58,007 bases of DNA from an uncultured Bdellovibrionales bacterium (GTDB lineage Bacteria > Patescibacteriota > Minisyncoccia > Moranbacterales > UBA2206), in the NCBI GenBank assembly GCA_964387895.1, contig CAYLWX010000001.1:983-58989 (forward strand), given 5' to 3'. The notes below the pieces were generated by a model, which was not told the origin of the DNA, did no database searches, and was given only the letters and a program-made list of their open reading frames with translations. Shown here in pieces: positions 52,520 through 58,007 of the stretch. Numbering within the stretch: position 1 is the stretch's first letter; each line of letters starts with the position of its first letter. Position numbers and translations under genes: made by a program.

Positions 52520-52833
52520 GGAAATATCCAGAGGTATGTCGATATTGATAATGGGGGAGAACCAGTTACTGTGGAGATATCGAGGATAGGTGATTACAAA
52601 GAGTGTTTGGGCCAGTGTTTCTCCTACCCGGATGTGGCGGGGGGTAATTTTTACTGCCGGAGGAGCGATAAGATCAAGCAGTCTTGAAATTCCTTCCTGG
52701 TATATTTTTTCAGTTCGAAGTACTTCGTCCTAAATTTCAGGGGCAGGCCGGGAAGAGTTGTTTTTATGGAAAAAATTTAACATGGGAATAAGTTTTGGTT
52801 TACGAAAATCCTTGTTTGTTTCCCCTTTCCTGT

Positions 52834-52887
52834 GACCCCTCACCCTCAATCCCTCTCCCCGTTCGAGGCGGACGGGGAGAGGGAGGA
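52834..52887. repeat. GC-rich palindromic element, copy 2, in the gap between the two virB4 fragments
   Basis: GACCCCTCACCCTCAATCCCTCTCCCCGT-TCGAGGCGG-ACGGGGAGAGGGAGGA. The stem CTCTCCCCGT / ACGGGGAGAG is perfect. Confidence 0.8.
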
Positions 52888-52896
52888 CGAGGAAAA

Positions 52897-53583
52897 TTAC
52901 TTTATATCCAACTTGCCTATATCTCCTATTTCTGTCGAAATGAACACGTTTGGATTATATGAGTTGTATACTAATTCTATCAAATCCTGCGTCTGGAGGG
53001 GGGCCAAACGCAGTCCTATGCCGGAAAGACCGGCAATAACGTGGTCAACTCTCTGGAATAGCTGGTTTTTGTAGGTTTCAAAATTCTCTCGTTTATCCAG
53101 AATGTTTTTTTTAGGATTAAAACTATTCAATACATTGTTGAAAAATCCTTTTTTACTGCTTTCTATGGGTGAGAAAGGAATAATGATATAGAAATTTTTA
53201 TCCATAATATTAGAAACAGAAACAAGCTGGTTGATGAATTGCTTATACTCTGAAATTTGAAGTTTAAGAAGCTCGTTGTCCAGCTCCTTTGCCTTATCGT
53301 CAACGTATTTTAAATAATCCCCCATATTTATTTTTCGGGAGCTGATAAGAATTTGGAGGGGGAAATCCAGAGAGTTGAGAAAATTCTGGTATTGACCAAT
53401 GATAGCCTCTTGTTCATCAGTCGATTTGAGGTCGTAGTTAATCGCGGAAACTGCCAGAACCGCTCTCACTGAACCGTTTTTCAGCACAATGACATCTTCC
53501 TTGATTTCCAGCACGTCCAGGAGCTTCTGGGTGGCAGAAGTAGTAGAAGAACCGGAGAGTTTGTTCGAGTGGAGGGATTCCAT
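52897..53583 (-). CDS. VirB4 N-terminal domain encoded as a separate ORF
   Basis: LLDVLEIKEDVIVLKNGSVRAVLAVSAINYDLKSTDEQEAIIGQYQNFLNSLDFPLQILISSRK follows the N-terminal pattern of Gram-positive-type VirB4 proteins. It ends 113 nt upstream of the ATG at 52783. Confidence 0.65.
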   Translation of the reverse strand: MESLHSNKLSGSSTTSATQKLLDVLEIKEDVIVLKNGSVRAVLAVSAINYDLKSTDEQEAIIGQYQNFLNSLDFPLQILISSRKINMGDYLKYVDDKAKELDNELLKLQISEYKQFINQLVSVSNIMDKNFYIIIPFSPIESSKKGFFNNVLNSFNPKKNILDKRENFETYKNQLFQRVDHVIAGLSGIGLRLAPLQTQDLIELVYNSYNPNVFISTEIGDIGKLDIK

Positions 53584-53587
53584 TAAA

Positions 53588-53983
53588 TTATCTTGTATTA
53601 TCTAATATTTTTGATAATACTTCTATTTTTTTCTCATTTATTTCTTTGACAGAATGGGCCGCCTCTTGTTTTTTGCCTGATTTTTTGGGCATTTTTATTT
53701 CTTCCGGCAACCTTCTCCACACGTACATTTTCGGTCTCATGAGAAAGGATATAGAAGAGAGCGCGAATCCTATAAGCGGCTGGTTATTGGGACGATAAAA
53801 GGCAAGCGCGCCAAAAATCAACACTATTGGAATGGCAGCGACTACAAACGCGGATAAATCAAACATGCTCCAGAGAACAAAAAGCAATGCCGCCCCTCCG
53901 GCTATCCAGCCCAGCTGCCTGGCCGTAAACGGACCGACAATTTTGTCTTCCTTGTCGATGAATTGCGGAATATTGAAAAGCAT
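53588..53983 (-). CDS. PrgI/VirB3-like small membrane protein
   Basis: IPQFIDKEDKIVGPFTARQLGWIAGGAALLF followed by a second TM, the PrgI-family layout. It lies directly upstream of the virB4 N-fragment. Confidence 0.75.
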   Translation of the reverse strand: MLFNIPQFIDKEDKIVGPFTARQLGWIAGGAALLFVLWSMFDLSAFVVAAIPIVLIFGALAFYRPNNQPLIGFALSSISFLMRPKMYVWRRLPEEIKMPKKSGKKQEAAHSVKEINEKKIEVLSKILDNTR

Positions 53984-53996
53984 ATATTTTGAGGTA

Positions 53997-54521
53997 TCAA
54001 TTAAATCCGATTTTCTTTTTCGATTTTTTCTCTTCTAAAAGCCAGTTGATTAGGAAAAATACTTTGCCGAATTTTTTGTCATAAACTTTCTCCATTTGAG
54101 CAATTTTTTCTCGTAGATCTTTATGAGTCAAAAGAATTTCCCTTACTCTTACGAACACTCTCATGATGAAAATATTTACTTCGATAGCCTTAGGGCTATT
54201 TAAGGCGCTGGAGAGCATGGCTACTCCCAGTTCAGTAAATGCGAAGGGCGGTTTGCGTAATCCCATTCTTTCTTTATTGGATATCACAATTTGTGATTTC
54301 CAATTTTCCATCTCTTTTCTGCTTAACTGGAACATAAAATCATCGGGAAAGCGTTCTTTGTTTCTTCTTACTGCCTGGTTGAGCGCTCTTGTTTCTATTT
54401 CGTATAGCTCAGCAAGATCTCTGTCCAGCATCACCCGTTTCCCTCGAATGAAAAAAATTTTATTCTCAATTCGGGCTTGTAAAAGTAAGTTAAGGGATTT
54501 TGATTTAAGTTGAATGCTCAT
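53997..54521 (-). CDS. ORF6N-domain DNA-binding protein (mobile-element / antirepressor-type)
   Basis: IFFIRGKRVMLDRDLAELYEIETRALNQAVRRNKERFPDDFMFQL...RKPPFAFTELGVAMLSSALNSPKAIEVNIFIMRVF is a near-consensus ORF6N domain. Confidence 0.85.
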   Translation of the reverse strand: MSIQLKSKSLNLLLQARIENKIFFIRGKRVMLDRDLAELYEIETRALNQAVRRNKERFPDDFMFQLSRKEMENWKSQIVISNKERMGLRKPPFAFTELGVAMLSSALNSPKAIEVNIFIMRVFVRVREILLTHKDLREKIAQMEKVYDKKFGKVFFLINWLLEEKKSKKKIGFN

Positions 54522-54722
54522 TATTATATTGGTTTATGTTCTATTTGGATATTTCATTTTAGAACATCCAGACTTTGTTTTGTAGATTTTCTTTGATTCT
54601 ATCTTTTTTCAAGGTCGCAAAATGTGACCTTGAAAGTGAGTGAAATCATGTGTAATCAATGCGAATCAACAACTCGACACTATTTTACCATAACTTACTC
54701 TATTATCCGAAATTTTATATAA

Positions 54723-55814
54723 TTATTCCTTTAAATTTACCACATTCTTTCCTAACACTCTCTCGTCTTTCTTTTCTGTCTGAGGCTTTTTTGGCAAATT
54801 TCCCGGATTGATTTGCGGAGGCGGAAAAGATGGTTTTAATTGATTTTTTTCATAGGACAGCTTTTGGGGAAAGGAAAATTTTATATTTGAATCTCTTGAA
54901 TCTTTCGGAGCTTGCGGGGAAGGCGTAATCATCGGTTGGAGGCGCGGCGTTTCCGTCTGGGGACGATAAGACCCGCTTGCAACCTTGTTTTGCGGCACAG
55001 CATTGCGGGCAGGCGCGGATATGTTATTCGGTAAAACTTGTTCCGCGTTTCGGGCGGATTTTTGCAAGTCAGCGGTTATCTTTTCAAACGCAATCTGCCT
55101 GGTGTTTTTATTGATGGTAATGGGGATGTTTTCATCTAAAGATTTTAATAGATAGGATAATTTCTGGCGGTCCTGCGGGTTTAACGTTTTGGAATTGGCT
55201 CCCTGGAATATGTAATTGCTTCGTTCCATGGAATTGTGCCGCCCATGGCCCAACTGCCAGGTGTAATCGGCGATCCAGTTTTTTATGGAAGGCCGGACAG
55301 GATCGGGGAAGTTTTTGAGTTTAATGTGGGAGGAAGTGACGAGTTGTTCGCCAAGTTCGGGGTATTCTTTTAAGGCTTTTTGCAGAGAAATATTTTCAAA
55401 TCGTGATTCGTAAGAAATTTCATACGAGCTGTCTTTAATAATATTTTTGACTACAGCTTGAGAAATTTCCTGGGCTTTTGGGGTATCAATATTCATTTCC
55501 TTGGAAAAAATGGAAGGAAAATTTTCCAACATAATTTCTCCAAAGTAATAACTCCTAATAGCCCTGGAAATATCGGCCATTTGAAGAAGTTTCAAATTGA
55601 AAGTTTCTCCAATTTGTTGTATTTTTTTGCTGGTCTCATAAGAGACTAGCTTTTCTTTAATATCTTCGGGTAATTTTAGAAGATTTTCCTGTCTCCATAT
55701 AACTTGTTCCGTAGTTTCATTGTCAGGATTTTTGGTAACCGAAGCACATTGGGGTATGGTACACTTCTCAATTTGCCATTTTTTATCCATTTGTAAGAAA
55801 GGTTTTTTTGCCAT
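54723..55814 (-). CDS. hypothetical protein with Pro/Gln-rich C-terminus
   Basis: 363-aa ORF lying 5 nt downstream of, and co-directional with, the VirB6-like gene. Confidence 0.6.
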   Translation of the reverse strand: MAKKPFLQMDKKWQIEKCTIPQCASVTKNPDNETTEQVIWRQENLLKLPEDIKEKLVSYETSKKIQQIGETFNLKLLQMADISRAIRSYYFGEIMLENFPSIFSKEMNIDTPKAQEISQAVVKNIIKDSSYEISYESRFENISLQKALKEYPELGEQLVTSSHIKLKNFPDPVRPSIKNWIADYTWQLGHGRHNSMERSNYIFQGANSKTLNPQDRQKLSYLLKSLDENIPITINKNTRQIAFEKITADLQKSARNAEQVLPNNISAPARNAVPQNKVASGSYRPQTETPRLQPMITPSPQAPKDSRDSNIKFSFPQKLSYEKNQLKPSFPPPQINPGNLPKKPQTEKKDERVLGKNVVNLKE

Positions 55815-55819
55815 AGTTT

Positions 55820-57790
55820 CTATATTATTGGTATACCAACTGATTCAAGAGCGGCCACATTATTAGGGTTAATTCTTTTGCGTAGCTCTGATCTAGCTTC
55901 TGGCATTAATTTATCAAAGGCAACATAAGCTGCTCCAATAATGCGAGCCTTATCCATAGTTATTGGAGGTTTCACTATTTCTACCCAATCCTGGACGGAC
56001 CATTGTTCAGCAGTAAGTTTACCCATCTCTTGTCTTGCAATATATTCTTTAGCCTGGTCGTCAGTTATAAAGTGAGGATTTGCTGTTCTTACTTCACTTA
56101 TTTCCTGTGTATCATTCATTTTGTTTATTGCTGCAATATCAGCTCGGTCCTGTTTTACTTTAGAGTTAATAGCATTTTGAATCTTTTTATCCTTATTTAT
56201 CAAGGTGAATGCATCGTAGGTAGTTTGATCCATATCCTTATCTTCAGCTAAGCGATATGCGGCAGCTGTATCTCCTTTCTTTGCCATTTCTTTAAGTTCG
56301 TCTTTGAGGTAACCTTTTTTCTTATACTCTTCGGCTCTTCTTCTCATGTCTTTTTCCATAGAGCCTGGCACTTTAAATGGTCCAAGTCCTGCTATCCTGG
56401 ACTCTCTTGTTTGTCTGGCTGATTCAAATGAGTCTCTTATATTTTCGTATTTTTGTTTAACTCCCCCAGGTACGCCAGTTGCCTTTATTCCTTTCCAGGG
56501 GAGTTTATAGGTTTGTCTTCCTCCCCACTTAGCCATTTTCTGGGCCTGTCCCATCACCGCGCCGGCTCCCGCGATGCTCATGCTTTGGGCCGTTCCCAGT
56601 CCTATCCAAAGCACGACGATAGGAATGGAAAAAAACGCGATGGAGGCGATGATATTCGGATCCACGGCATGTTTAGAAGCGATGACCCCCAGATTGAGTT
56701 TCGGATTTCCCATAAATCCCATAATTTGAGTAGCGATATAGATCATAAACATCATGATGGGTCCGAAAAACGCGTACCTGAACAGATTGTCCCAGAATTT
56801 ATTGGTGTAATTGCCGGAAGAAGGAAGGGAGATAATGGCTCCCACGAACGCAATCGGGGAAAAGATGATTAAAATAGCCAGTGCGATGATTCGGATCACT
56901 AGCATAATGCCGATGCCCCAAAGCGTGATGGCAAAAATAAAACCGAAAATAATCGCGGCGACAATATACGCTGTATCATTTGACGACTGTCCGGCTGAAA
57001 TAATATCCTGTATACCAGAGGTTTCGGCAATCATTCCCATAGAATTTTCCGCTCCTATGTTGTTTTTAATGAGCGTGTACATCAGAGTGTTGGAAACGTC
57101 GATAATGCCGCGTGTTATGGGAAAACTGAAATTCACCAGAAGCGCCATGATAACCAGGGTGAGAAGTATTTTTTTGTAATTATACTTTTCTATCTGAAAA
57201 ATAGTGGAAAAGGCGGAAAAAAGAAGCACGAGGATGAAGCTCATATTAAGGAGATCGCGGACAGTGCTCCAGGATTTATAAAGTCCCGGATTGTCCAGAA
57301 TAGCGTTCATATTGTCTACTTTTATAATCAATTCAAAAAGAGCTACTGACGCGGAAACCATCCAGCCTACAAAAGTGAGGATAACAATAAGAAGCCCCTG
57401 GAACACCCAACCTAAAGCCGAACTGAGAGCCGATGAGATAGGATCCCAGGTTCCTTTTGTTGTCGCGGGTCCGACTTGGGCGGTTTTCCATTTGAGTGTC
57501 CCGCCGGTATAGTTCTTAGCTATGCATAAATCAGTACACTGTTTTTTTTCCGAATCGGTGAGGTTATTTTTATCTCCAACGGTCATTGGAATTTTGTCTT
57601 TTAATATGTTTTCAGCGCTAAATTCACTAGCAATAGTGATAAAACAATTGCAGTTCATTTCATCCGCGCGCGCAGATTTGGGATTAGTTGTGAATAAAAG
57701 GAAGATGATAAAAAATAACACTAAAACCGCCGCTTTTTTGCCAAGCCGCGCATAAGGTTTTTTTTGGCTACAATGGATATTGGTATTCAA
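55820..57790 (-). CDS. VirB6/TrbL-like polytopic membrane protein
   Basis: 656 aa. It has a signal/anchor, a Cys-containing extracytoplasmic segment, about 7 TM helices and a charged cytoplasmic tail. Its size, topology and operon context fit VirB6-type proteins. It has a TTG start with no close SD. Confidence 0.5.
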   Translation of the reverse strand: MNTNIHCSQKKPYARLGKKAAVLVLFFIIFLLFTTNPKSARADEMNCNCFITIASEFSAENILKDKIPMTVGDKNNLTDSEKKQCTDLCIAKNYTGGTLKWKTAQVGPATTKGTWDPISSALSSALGWVFQGLLIVILTFVGWMVSASVALFELIIKVDNMNAILDNPGLYKSWSTVRDLLNMSFILVLLFSAFSTIFQIEKYNYKKILLTLVIMALLVNFSFPITRGIIDVSNTLMYTLIKNNIGAENSMGMIAETSGIQDIISAGQSSNDTAYIVAAIIFGFIFAITLWGIGIMLVIRIIALAILIIFSPIAFVGAIISLPSSGNYTNKFWDNLFRYAFFGPIMMFMIYIATQIMGFMGNPKLNLGVIASKHAVDPNIIASIAFFSIPIVVLWIGLGTAQSMSIAGAGAVMGQAQKMAKWGGRQTYKLPWKGIKATGVPGGVKQKYENIRDSFESARQTRESRIAGLGPFKVPGSMEKDMRRRAEEYKKKGYLKDELKEMAKKGDTAAAYRLAEDKDMDQTTYDAFTLINKDKKIQNAINSKVKQDRADIAAINKMNDTQEISEVRTANPHFITDDQAKEYIARQEMGKLTAEQWSVQDWVEIVKPPITMDKARIIGAAYVAFDKLMPEARSELRKRINPNNVAALESVGIPII

Positions 57791-57821
57791 TGTTTTGATT
57801 TCTTTTTTAGCCTCCTCCTCT

Positions 57822-58007
57822 TTATCTCCTGAACATCGCCCCGGGACCGGTTTCTTTTACTTCTTTCGCTTTTTCTCTTTCGGCGTTGCGCTGGACAGAT
57901 TCTGTATCCCTATACAGATTACTTTGCATGTTTCCCCATTCTCCTTTTAACGATTTCTGGAGATATTCCGCCACAAACGCGGCCAAAAATTCTCCCGGGT
58001 GCTGGGC
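57822..58007 (-). CDS. 3' end of a gene cut by the window edge (hypothetical)
   Basis: The minus-strand frame is open from 58007 to TAA (57822-57824): AQHPGEFLAAFVAEYLQKSLKGEWGNMQSNLYRDTESVQRNAEREKAKEVKETGPGAMFRR*. Confidence 0.4.
   Translation of the reverse strand, partial: AQHPGEFLAAFVAEYLQKSLKGEWGNMQSNLYRDTESVQRNAEREKAKEVKETGPGAMFRR

Noticed and set aside
52730-52732. Pyrrolysine or other programmed decoding of the in-frame TAG in virB4
   Set aside because: There are no pyl genes or a PYLIS-like context in the window, and other genes (e.g. 32503-32799) end at TAG. Mutation or sequencing error is the more economical explanation. It is kept only as a remote alternative in the finding.
53997-54521. 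Prophage call based on the ORF6N gene
   Set aside because: It is a single gene without any capsid, terminase, integrase or lysis genes nearby. The context is a secretion locus.
56453-57512. Plus-strand ORFs inside the VirB6-like gene (56453-56872, 56811-57179, 57291-57512)
   Set aside because: They are antisense shadows of a long polytopic membrane protein gene.
1-58007. Alternative genetic code (UGA recoded, as in Gracilibacteria/Absconditabacteria)
   Set aside because: Well-supported genes end at TGA with sensible lengths (for example 17540-20215 and 24447-25163). Long conserved genes (polA, dnaA, PBP1A) contain no in-frame TGA. The standard bacterial code fits.

Overview
AT-rich bacterial chromosomal segment. 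Its gene content suggests a small-genome, CPR/Patescibacteria-like organism, by inference only: many secreted or membrane hypotheticals, lamin-tail-domain proteins, and a Gram-positive-style T4SS-like locus. Standard genetic code, since TGA terminates real genes. I found no rRNA, tRNA or CRISPR array. Layout: (1) 1-3.1 kb holds small accessory ORFs, each followed by a TTACATC-containing hairpin element, plus a decayed gene and a Fic AMPylase. (2) 3.2-20.8 kb is mostly housekeeping: polA, NYN-domain protein, cyclophilin, tsaE, DHH phosphoesterase, ruvB, a 4x lamin-tail-domain protein and a secreted HExxH protein. This block also carries a tandem-fused double GspE/PilB ATPase, a HepT/MntA toxin-antitoxin pair and a GC-rich candidate ncRNA. 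(3) 20.9-24.3 kb is an island bracketed by 31-bp inverted repeats. It carries a BcnI/MvaI-type R-M pair, an SDH-family ClpP-fold serine protease and a frameshifted membrane protein gene. (4) 24.4-32.5 kb has yebC, ruvC, a four-gene amidoligase cluster (7TM protein plus three ATP-grasp ligases, one fused to a retropepsin-like domain) and PBP1A. (5) 32.5-39.3 kb is the replication-origin region: DUF721/DciA-like, gdhA, dnaN, dnaA with DnaA boxes on both sides, rpmH, rnpA, yidC, jag. (6) 39.3-44.8 kb is a surface-glycan cluster: Wzx flippase, two GT2 enzymes and two O-antigen-ligase-like proteins. (7) 44.9-58.0 kb is a minus-strand T4SS-like locus: VirB6-like protein, PrgI/VirB3-like protein, a VirB4 split in two, a pilin-lytic transglycosylase fusion and a large Thr-rich surface protein, with an ORF6N gene embedded. 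Several families of GC-rich palindromic elements are scattered through the window. One sits in frame inside polA and one lies in the gap that splits virB4. All family assignments come from motif recognition by eye; no searches were run.
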